From an archaeon (lineage in GTDB: Archaea; Iainarchaeota; Iainarchaeia; Iainarchaeales; CSSED10-239), in NCBI GenBank assembly GCA_035400625.1, contig DAOMZT010000001.1, positions 120,001 through 152,000 on the forward strand: 32,000 bases of DNA, written 5' to 3'. The position numbers and the translations under genes are program-made. Shown here piece after piece: positions 9,003 through 15,785 of this stretch. The notes beneath the pieces were generated by a model. The model was not told the origin of the DNA. It saw nothing but the letters and a program-made list of their open reading frames with translations, and searched no databases. The first letter of the stretch is position 1, and the number at the start of each line of letters is the position of its first letter.

Positions 9003-9328
9003 TTATATAATAAATCGTTTATGATCTTTAAAAGATCAGATAACATTTGCTTAGCAATTTTTTCCTGAATAGTGTCCCTTATAATTATCTTTAGAGATGA
9101 AAAAATAGTTATTGTTCCTTTCTTTGTTTTTAGAACTACTAAAAATGGAGAATTGTCTTTTTCTATATAATAATTTTTAGTTCTTATTTTCATTAATAAT
9201 TTTTCAAGATCAATCTTTATCGGTTTTTTTGGATAAAACTCAAAACCTGGCGTGGCTTTACAGCTATCCAAAATAAAAGAATCTACACTTAATGATTTTT
9301 CTTCTTTTTTCTTAAGTAGGTTTAACAT
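8993..9328 (-). CDS. small protein resembling a single TBP-fold repeat, function unknown
   Basis: ORF track starts at a GTG (9337). The first ATG is at 9328 with an AGAGTGA SD-like sequence just upstream, 11 nt after the ATPase stop. IDLEKLL...PFLVVLKTKKGTITIFSSLKIIIRDTIQEKIAKQMLSDLLKII resembles the TBP repeat hallmark (..LIFSSGK[ILMV]V.TGAK.....A...), compared from memory. The last 10 nt overlap tRNA-Ser(CGA). Confidence 0.55.
   Translation of the reverse strand: MLNLLKKKEEKSLSVDSFILDSCKATPGFEFYPKKPIKIDLEKLLMKIRTKNYYIEKDNSPFLVVLKTKKGTITIFSSLKIIIRDTIQEKIAKQMLSDLLKIINDLLYKQG
9026..9034 (-). promoter_or_regulatory. putative TATA box for tRNA-Ser(CGA), embedded in the upstream CDS
   Basis: Minus-strand CTTTTAAAG lies at -24 to -32 from the mature tRNA 5' end. 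tRNA-Ser(UGA) has a similar element at the same spacing. TATA-like strings are common in this AT-rich DNA. Confidence 0.35.
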
Positions 9329-9339
9329 ATATTTCACTC

Positions 9340-11913
9340 TTATGAATCAATGATCTGGCCAATTACAGCATCAACATAAATTTTTCTTTCGTTTGCTCTC
9401 TTGTCTTTGGAGACTATATCCCAAAGAGGCCAGAAGATCTCTGTTATTTCTGTTATCTCTATATCTGGCCATAATTTTTCTAGCCTATTTACAATAATTT
9501 CTTCAGATATTTCTTCTTGAATATCAGATTTGGAAATTAATTGTTTCTTTAATGGCAATTGGTTGATAGAAGTAAGAATTTCATATTCAGGAGCAAAAGG
9601 CAAATCTATTCTTCTCTTTATTCTAAAGCTTTCTTTTTTATTAATAATATCAACATCTGCAAGATTCCTATCAACTAAAGAAATCAAATCTTGTTTTATG
9701 ACCTTTGCATCATTCTCTAGAATCTCTGATAATTCTTGTGCCGTCTTCCATGCATAAATATTATCTAAAAGAACAAGATCATCAACACTTAACTCCTCAA
9801 CAAGCTTAAAGCCATTTGAGGATTTAAAATTTCTGCCATCAAATTGCAAAAACTCTCCAGAAACAGAATCAATAAAACAGGTTGATGGCTTGTAGTTTTC
9901 ATCTTTATCAAAAATATTAAAATTAATCTTGTAAACTTTTCTATAAATCATTGTAATTTGAGAGATAATTTCTTCTTCTTTTAAAAATAAAAATCTTTTT
10001 TTGTTTGTGCTTTTGGCAATATTGATTGCTATGTCTCTTGAGATTCTTGATGTAATTACAGGCACTGTATCAGGTTCTAGGTCTTCAGTAGGTAGTGGCA
10101 TTTCATCTGATGTTTCTGAAAGCTCATTTGACCTTTCAATTGCTTGGTTGATTGTTTGAATTTCTTCTTTTGGGATTTGTGCTTTTTCTCTTTTTGTTTT
10201 TTCTGCAAATAAAAGGACCTTATCTTTTTCTATAACACCCATCTTGCTTAGAGAAACTAAAATCTCATTAAAGGTCACATCACTATTATATTTAGAATTA
10301 ATGACATCTAGAATGTCCTTAGCATCACTTGTTTTTAAGGTTCTTGAAGACAATAACTTTTTGTAAATCATGTCTGAGCAAAAATTAATTATTTCTTTTT
10401 TGGAAAGCTTAGGCACCTCTCTAATTGTCTCTGCATCTCTGCCTTCGTGTTGGCTTAGTCTTGGCTTGATCTTTAAAATAAATGCTCTTTTGGTTTCTTC
10501 GCCTCTGTCTCCAGTTAAAGCAACACCAACAGGAAGAGTCTTAATAAAATTAGGGTCTTTATAGGCATCAGGAATTATAGCTGGCATTCTTTTTTGAACA
10601 GCGTGAATATCATCATTAAAGACTAATTTGTGGCTTATAAAAATATCAACTTGAGATAAAACTTTGGAATTGATTGCTGATGGTTGCTGTGTTGCTAGAA
10701 CCATGGAACAGCCTGGTCTTCTTCCTTGCTTAACATATTCTACGATGGCGTTAGTTGCAGGAGTGATTGTGTTTCCTGAAGGAATCAATGTGTGGGCTTC
10801 ATCTATATACACCCATGTTGGAGGAATAGATATCTCTAATAACTCATCTGGGCTTTCTGAAGCAGAATCTAATTTTTTAATAGCATCTTGTCTTGTCACT
10901 AGCTTTCTTGCTGAAAGTATTCTTCTTGCAAGTATGCCTATGACTAGAGCTGTAATATTATCATCTAAAAAACTAGTATCAAGTATTGTTAATTGCTTTT
11001 CTTTTGATAGCTTTGATAATGGAGTACCATGATCACTGAAAATACCCCATGATTTTGCTGCCTCAAATCTTGAAACTAATGCTCTTATGGAGTCTTGTTT
11101 ATATCCTGAAGAAGAAGATTTAAACTCATAGGCATTTTGCAAACAAAAAATAATATCATCTAGAGTATAGAGATTGCCTTTTGCTGGAATCTGCTCTATT
11201 GTTCTTTCTTGGTCGTTTGGATCTCCTGCCTTGTAACCGTTCTTAACAAAGGACAATGTCTTTTCTAACAGCAAACCTGTTGGATTAAACCTGTCAATTC
11301 CAAAGGTTAGGCACCAATCATCTGTAAGTAGCATAGAAGGATACATAGAAAAAGTTTCATCATATGTTTCTTTAGAAACTTTTCCAGTAACGCCTTCAGG
11401 CACAAAGACTTTTAGGTTGTCTAGACCTCTTGGCTTTTGCCCCCATTTTTCTAATTCTTCTATTTCTTTTTTTTCCTGATTTGGAAATCTCATTGACCAA
11501 AAAACCCCGACTGGATCAACAACTATTTGGCCGATATAAGGGTTATTGGTTGCAAGCTCTTCAGCAATAACACCAAGACCATAGCTTTTACCTGAACCTC
11601 TTGAACCATCAATAAATACGACATGTGGGTTTAAGCCATCTAGATAAACCTTCTTATCTCTTAAGTCATCTTCATAGACCTTACCAAGAAAAGCACAAGA
11701 TTTTGAACCATGTTCTTTTAGAACTGATTTTTTTCTTCCAATATAAACTATTGAATCATCATCAGGATCTGTTAAAAATTCAAGTTTGGGAGTGATCTCT
11801 TTTGAGATATTTGTTTTTTTTGGTTTTTCAGAAGCAGACTCATAGATGCTTTTGTCTTTCTCTATCTTATCAAAAGGATCTGTTCCATCACTTTTTGTTT
11901 TTATGGTAGCCAT
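9340..11913 (-). CDS. HerA/FtsK-superfamily (DUF87-type) P-loop ATPase with a long duplicated C-terminal extension
   Basis: 857 aa. Walker A GSRGSGKS (aa 103-110, nt 11584-11607). Walker B VYIDEAH (aa 368-374, nt 10792-10812). LATQQPSAINSKVLSQVDIFISHKL and KPRLSQHEGR are typical of the HerA/DUF87 core and its C-terminal end. Residues about 500-857 are extra. Confidence 0.85.
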   Translation of the reverse strand: MATIKTKSDGTDPFDKIEKDKSIYESASEKPKKTNISKEITPKLEFLTDPDDDSIVYIGRKKSVLKEHGSKSCAFLGKVYEDDLRDKKVYLDGLNPHVVFIDGSRGSGKSYGLGVIAEELATNNPYIGQIVVDPVGVFWSMRFPNQEKKEIEELEKWGQKPRGLDNLKVFVPEGVTGKVSKETYDETFSMYPSMLLTDDWCLTFGIDRFNPTGLLLEKTLSFVKNGYKAGDPNDQERTIEQIPAKGNLYTLDDIIFCLQNAYEFKSSSSGYKQDSIRALVSRFEAAKSWGIFSDHGTPLSKLSKEKQLTILDTSFLDDNITALVIGILARRILSARKLVTRQDAIKKLDSASESPDELLEISIPPTWVYIDEAHTLIPSGNTITPATNAIVEYVKQGRRPGCSMVLATQQPSAINSKVLSQVDIFISHKLVFNDDIHAVQKRMPAIIPDAYKDPNFIKTLPVGVALTGDRGEETKRAFILKIKPRLSQHEGRDAETIREVPKLSKKEIINFCSDMIYKKLLSSRTLKTSDAKDILDVINSKYNSDVTFNEILVSLSKMGVIEKDKVLLFAEKTKREKAQIPKEEIQTINQAIERSNELSETSDEMPLPTEDLEPDTVPVITSRISRDIAINIAKSTNKKRFLFLKEEEIISQITMIYRKVYKINFNIFDKDENYKPSTCFIDSVSGEFLQFDGRNFKSSNGFKLVEELSVDDLVLLDNIYAWKTAQELSEILENDAKVIKQDLISLVDRNLADVDIINKKESFRIKRRIDLPFAPEYEILTSINQLPLKKQLISKSDIQEEISEEIIVNRLEKLWPDIEITEITEIFWPLWDIVSKDKRANERKIYVDAVIGQIIDS

Positions 11914-11930
11914 AATTTATCAATAATATA

Positions 11931-11939
11931 TTTATATAA
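11931..11939 (-). promoter_or_regulatory. putative TATA box for the HerA-like ATPase (leaderless-type spacing)
   Basis: Minus-strand TTATATAAA at -18 to -26 from the ATG. No SD between it and the start, unlike many neighbouring genes. Confidence 0.3.
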
Positions 11940-11996
11940 GAAACTAAAGAAATATAATATATAAGGATTTTTAAAGATTTTGGATATGTAAAAAGA

Positions 11997-12590
11997 TTAA
12001 TATCTTCTAAGCTTATCTATGCCAAGAGAGATCATTTGCTTATGCATGCTTTCTGTTAGCTCTATGTCTTTTCTTAGATATTTTTCTATTTGTTTTTTGC
12101 CATCGGCCTTGTCCTCTTGAAAACAAAGACGAGAAATGTCTTTTGCTTCATTTTCGTCTAACTCAATCCCCATAGCTCTACCAAAGTCTTTAAGACTGCC
12201 TCTTGTCTTTCCTATTCTAAAAAAAGAAATTAAATCTCTTAGATCAATAATTTCGTTACCAGATATTGGAAGAACACTTACTTTGTTGATAAAACTTCTG
12301 GTGATTAAAAAAGACATATCAAAGCTTAAAATATTAAAGCCAACAATTCTTAGGCTTGTGCCATTTCCTCTTAATTTTGAAATTGTTTGCCACATTTCTT
12401 CTAGAAGTTTTTTTTCATTATCGTCTTGAAGAATGATTGTATCTTTGCTATCAGAGTATTTTAGGCCAATAGCAACAATCCTTGAATCTATTGGATTAAG
12501 CAATTTTAGCTTTGCTTCTTCATCTTCTAAAGACTCATAAAGTTCTTGATCAATTGGGCAAGTTTCAATATCAAGATATAAATAGTTCAT
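11997..12590 (-). CDS. standalone DEDD 3'-5' exonuclease, PolB-exonuclease-like (COG3298/DNA_pol_B_exo2-like)
   Basis: 197 aa. ExoI YLDIETCP (D7, E9), ExoII IVGFNILSFDMSFL (D91), ExoIII EKYLRKDIELT (Y171, D175). No polymerase domain. Confidence 0.75.
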   Translation of the reverse strand: MNYLYLDIETCPIDQELYESLEDEEAKLKLLNPIDSRIVAIGLKYSDSKDTIILQDDNEKKLLEEMWQTISKLRGNGTSLRIVGFNILSFDMSFLITRSFINKVSVLPISGNEIIDLRDLISFFRIGKTRGSLKDFGRAMGIELDENEAKDISRLCFQEDKADGKKQIEKYLRKDIELTESMHKQMISLGIDKLRRY

Positions 12591-12669
12591 AAATAATAAT
12601 GAGGGAAAACATGTTTAAACTATACTATTAGATTATAAACAATAAAGAATAAGAAAAAACCAAAGAGAT

Positions 12670-12900
12670 TTATTTTAGTCTTTGGTTTCTGTAAATTTTA
12701 GCTATTCTTTCCTGAACAAACCCTATTTTGTTTCTTTCAGACATTAGCCTTTCATAGACTTCTTTTGGGACTTTGTGGTATTGGTAAATATAGCCTAATC
12801 TATATTCTATCTCTAATATCTGACTATCAGGATCATAGCCAATTGATACTAAATTTCCTATCAATCTAGAGTCTTTGCCATCTACTGGTTGTCTTTCCAT
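12670..12900 (-). CDS. KTSC domain protein
   Basis: 76 aa. IGYDPDSQILEIEYRLGYIYQYHKVPKEVYERLM matches the KTSC pattern (..y....L.v.F..G..Y.Y..VP..vy..l). GGAGAAGG SD upstream. Confidence 0.75.
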   Translation of the reverse strand: MERQPVDGKDSRLIGNLVSIGYDPDSQILEIEYRLGYIYQYHKVPKEVYERLMSERNKIGFVQERIAKIYRNQRLK

Positions 12901-13048
12901 TTTCTATCCTTCTCCAAATATTATTTGTGTAGTTATTATCTATTTTAATAACAATAACTATTTAAAGAGATGATTTGCAATTTTATTATCTTTCCTGGCC
13001 AAATTTTGTTAATTTGTTTTTGATTAATTTAATTTTTACAGAAACAGA

Positions 13049-13369
13049 TTATTTTGAGATTTGCCAACTCCACTTTTTAGCATTTAAATCAATATCAAAC
13101 CCAAAAACATCTCTGAATTTATCTTTGTTCTCTATGATTTCTTGCCCTGTTTTTGTAAGGCCAGTTACTACAAACAAATGCAGTCTTTCAATTTTTTCTT
13201 TAGACAAGATAATTTCAATTGCATTAGTTGCCCTTAGATATCTAATTGCCCTTTCTAATCTCCAACTTCCCCATCTTGTTTCTTTAAGTAGATTTTTTGC
13301 AGAAATGGTTTGGTGATGTATTTTAGAGAAATAATGCAGTAATTCTCCTGCATCTTTTTTACTTGTCAT
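13049..13369 (-). CDS. small winged-helix-like protein, function unknown
   Basis: 106 aa with charged, coding-like composition. ISAKNLLKETRWGSWRLERAIRYLRATNAIEII resembles a wHTH. The antisense ORF 12975-13316 has S/L/F-rich noncoding-like composition. Confidence 0.5.
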   Translation of the reverse strand: MTSKKDAGELLHYFSKIHHQTISAKNLLKETRWGSWRLERAIRYLRATNAIEIILSKEKIERLHLFVVTGLTKTGQEIIENKDKFRDVFGFDIDLNAKKWSWQISK

Positions 13370-13407
13370 ATGTTTTTCACTAACAAAAAAAAGAAAAAAA
13401 GAAGCAG

Positions 13408-13713
13408 TTACTTTTTTGTAACTTTTTCTTCTTTTAATATTACTTTAGCAATCATAAATACAACAAATGCTATGATTATGAAGTTTAGAAACTCGCCTAA
13501 GAATGCACCCCAGCCTATCTTGAATGGGCCAATGGTTAATATTGCTGTTCTCCAGGCGCCTCCAGGTATCAATGGTGCGATTATTGGCATAATAATGTTA
13601 TCAACTAATGATTTTACTAAAGTTGTAATTGCAGCACCGATAACAAAAGCAATTGCTAGGCCAACCACTTTATATTCTTTTAAAAATTCTTTAAATTCTT
13701 TTAAAATACCCAT
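13408..13713 (-). CDS. mscL: large-conductance mechanosensitive channel MscL
   Basis: 101 aa. LKEFKEFLKEYKVVGLAIAFVIGAA...VDNIIMPII is the canonical MscL N-terminus and TM1. Confidence 0.9.
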   Translation of the reverse strand: MGILKEFKEFLKEYKVVGLAIAFVIGAAITTLVKSLVDNIIMPIIAPLIPGGAWRTAILTIGPFKIGWGAFLGEFLNFIIIAFVVFMIAKVILKEEKVTKK

Positions 13714-13829
13714 ATCTTAAAACCCCCTTTGGATATATAATATAATTAGATATAGTTTATAAACAGGTATTTTTATAAAAAAATAAAGCTTAAATATTAT
13801 TTGGAATATCTATTATAAAGGAGATAATT

Positions 13830-14888
13830 ATGTTAGAGAAAGTAATACTTGGAAACACCATAAGAAATTATTTGTGGTTTTTATTTTATATATTTGCAGG
13901 AATTGTGACTAGTTGGGTTGCTATTTTTATAATTAAAAATATATTTATTAAATTAACAAAATATACAAAAAACAAAATTGACGACATAATTGCTAAGATA
14001 TTATCTAAGCCTATGCCAATTAAACTGATTATACTTATTATTTTTGTTAATATTGGATTTAGATGTTTAGAAACCACTCCAACAATTGCAAAAATAATAG
14101 ACAAGGCAACATTTATTGCTGTTGTTTTAGCAATAACTTTATTTTTAATTAAGTTTTTCATAGGGTTAATAGAGGTGTATTTAGAACCAAAAGCAAAAAA
14201 GACAGATTCTAAGTATGATGATCAAGTAATCCCTGTTTTAAAATCAATAACTAAAATAATATTATTTACTTCTGCATTTTTAATTGTGCTTTCTAATCTA
14301 GGTTATAATGTTACAGCATTACTTGCAGGACTTGGTATTGGTGGTATTGCTATGGCCTTTGCAGCAAAGGACATCTTAGAAAACTTTATTTCAGGAATCA
14401 CTATTTTTATAGAAAAACCATTTAAGGTTGGTGATTTTCTAAACACCTCAGAAGGTCTTGGAACTGTTGAGGAGATAGGCATAAGATCTACAAAGATAAG
14501 AACAGCAGATAACACAATTATTGTTTTGCCTAATAGATTGTTATCCACAAACTCTGTTGAAAACATATCTGTTAGAAGAGCAAGAAGAGAAAATTTTCTT
14601 ATTAATTTGGTTTATGGAACATCTGAAAAGAAAATACAAAAGGCACAAGAAATAATTAAAAAAACACTTGTTGATAATAAAGCTGTTGAAAAGGACAGCA
14701 TAATTATGGGGTTTGAATCTTTTGGTGATTTTTCTCTAAATATAAGGGTTATATATTGGATAAAAGAAGATGATTATTCAGAATACATTAATATAAAAAA
14801 CAAAATAAACTCAACAATCAAAAAAGAATTTGAAAAAGAAAAAATAGAATTTGCATATCCTACTCAAACAATAAATATGAAGAAATAA
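13830..14888 (+). CDS. mscS: small-conductance mechanosensitive channel (MscS family)
   Basis: 352 aa. TM3/beta-domain signature GIGGIAMAFAAKDILENFISGITIFIEKPFKVGDFL...GTVEEIGIRSTKIRT.DN. AAGGAG SD upstream. Confidence 0.85.
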   Translation: MLEKVILGNTIRNYLWFLFYIFAGIVTSWVAIFIIKNIFIKLTKYTKNKIDDIIAKILSKPMPIKLIILIIFVNIGFRCLETTPTIAKIIDKATFIAVVLAITLFLIKFFIGLIEVYLEPKAKKTDSKYDDQVIPVLKSITKIILFTSAFLIVLSNLGYNVTALLAGLGIGGIAMAFAAKDILENFISGITIFIEKPFKVGDFLNTSEGLGTVEEIGIRSTKIRTADNTIIVLPNRLLSTNSVENISVRRARRENFLINLVYGTSEKKIQKAQEIIKKTLVDNKAVEKDSIIMGFESFGDFSLNIRVIYWIKEDDYSEYINIKNKINSTIKKEFEKEKIEFAYPTQTINMKK

Positions 14889-14891
14889 GAT

Positions 14892-14912
14892 TTGTAAATT
14901 AAATATTTACAA
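14892..14912. terminator. inverted repeat between convergent mscS and tRNA-Ser(GGA)
   Basis: TTGTAAAT (14892-14899) pairs with ATTTACAA (14905-14912) around a 5-nt loop. On the minus strand the tRNA 3' end is followed directly by CTTTTCTT. Function as a terminator is inferred only. Confidence 0.3.
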
Positions 14913-14918
14913 GAAAAG

Positions 14919-15001
14919 CGCAGAGGACGAGATTCGAACTCGCGTAGTCTTGCGACTCTAGCTTTCCAGGCTAGCGCGTTTGACCACTCCGCCACCTCTG
15001 C
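14919..15001 (-). tRNA. tRNA-Ser (anticodon GGA)
   Basis: Minus strand: acceptor GCAGAGG/CCTCTGC plus G. Anticodon stem CTAGC/GCTAG with loop CTGGAAA. Variable arm AGTC-GCAA-GACT. T arm GCGAG-TTCGAAT-CTCGT. 83 nt. Confidence 0.9.
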
Positions 15002-15009
15002 ATAAGACC

Positions 15010-15027
15010 CTTTTCTTGTAAGAAAAG
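15010..15027. repeat. 18-nt palindrome CTTTTCTTGTAAGAAAAG, copy 1
   Basis: 8-bp perfect inverted repeat around GT, 8 nt upstream of the tRNA-Ser(GGA) 5' end and downstream of the DUF4405 gene. An identical 18-mer occurs at 21250-21267. Confidence 0.6.
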
Positions 15028-15077
15028 TTCCTTCATCCCTAAAAGAACTTAAATTGAATCCTTTGGAAAGAAAAATA

Positions 15078-15347
15078 TTATTTTTTCTTAAATGTTGTTT
15101 TTGACATTGTTGTTAGCCACTTGAAATGCAATATTATATGAACCAATGATAAAGCAAGCATGGAAAAACCAGATATAGAGTGTATCTCGCCCCATGTGTG
15201 TTTTGTCATACCCCAAAATGTGTGATACCCTGCTTGTCTTACTCCACTTGGAAGAAAGAAAAATAATATTAGGCTCGTTATTGCTACAACAATAAATGAA
15301 ATAACTAAAAGAATATCAATAAAATAATTAATTTTTACTTTATCCAT
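15078..15347 (-). CDS. DUF4405-like small membrane protein
   Basis: ORF track gives 15078-15395. The internal ATG at 15347 (MDKVKINYF...) has a GAGAGG SD 5 nt upstream and removes the overlap with the upstream gene. Two to three TM segments with HTFWGMTKHTWGEIHSISG...HIILHFKW. Confidence 0.6.
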   Translation of the reverse strand: MDKVKINYFIDILLVISFIVVAITSLILFFFLPSGVRQAGYHTFWGMTKHTWGEIHSISGFSMLALSLVHIILHFKWLTTMSKTTFKKK

Positions 15348-15384
15348 AATTCGCCTCTCTTTTTTTATTTTATAGTTATTTAAA

Positions 15385-15723
15385 TTAATGAACACTTGCT
15401 CCTGGTTTTACTTGCTCACTTGGAAACAAAAGACCATCAACTTCTTCATCACCAATTGCCATAATCATTCCCTGACTAACAAGGCCTGCCATTTTTCTTG
15501 GCGCAAGATTAACCACCACAGGTATTTGTTTTCCTTGTAGGTCTTCAGGAGAATACTTGGTTGCAATTCCTGCAAGCACTTGTCTTTGAAAATCTCCAAA
15601 ATCTATAACTAACCTTATTAATTTCAAACTGTTTGGAACTTTTTCTGCTTCTATAACTGTCCCAACCCTTATATCAAGCTTTGAAAACTCATCAAAGGTA
15701 ATGATTGGCTTTTCTTCTGACAT
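15385..15723 (-). CDS. tRNA-binding domain protein (Trbp111/CsaA/EMAP-like OB fold)
   Basis: 112 aa. FSKLDIRVGTVIEAEKVPNS.KLIRLVIDFG...RQVLAGIA..Y.PEDL.GKQIPVVVNLAPRKMAGL.SQGMIM is the canonical tRNA_bind domain. Confidence 0.85.
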   Translation of the reverse strand: MSEEKPIITFDEFSKLDIRVGTVIEAEKVPNSLKLIRLVIDFGDFQRQVLAGIATKYSPEDLQGKQIPVVVNLAPRKMAGLVSQGMIMAIGDEEVDGLLFPSEQVKPGASVH

Positions 15724-15785
15724 AATTTATCTTCTGTGTTTTTTAAGAATTGCTTTGGAATGTAAAACAAACAATAGTTTGTAAG

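Noticed and set aside
12975-13316. 113-aa plus-strand ORF overlapping the 106-aa minus-strand wHTH-like gene.
   Set aside because: Composition (FLINLIFT..., SLSIFSL...) is noncoding-like. The minus-strand ORF has balanced charged residues and a helical pattern, and it is co-directional with its neighbours.
13370-13720. 116-aa plus-strand ORF covering the whole mscL locus.
   Set aside because: The minus-strand translation is an unmistakable MscL. The plus-strand ORF is its antisense shadow.
8913-15001. Possibility that the segment between tRNA-Ser(CGA) and tRNA-Ser(GGA) is an integrated mobile element or genomic island.
   Set aside because: No integrase, transposase or recombinase gene is recognisable. 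Reading the spacers by eye, I found no direct repeat of a tRNA 3' or 5' fragment that could serve as attL/attR. The segment also contains ordinary housekeeping genes (mscL, mscS). A whole-genome comparison would be needed to revisit this.
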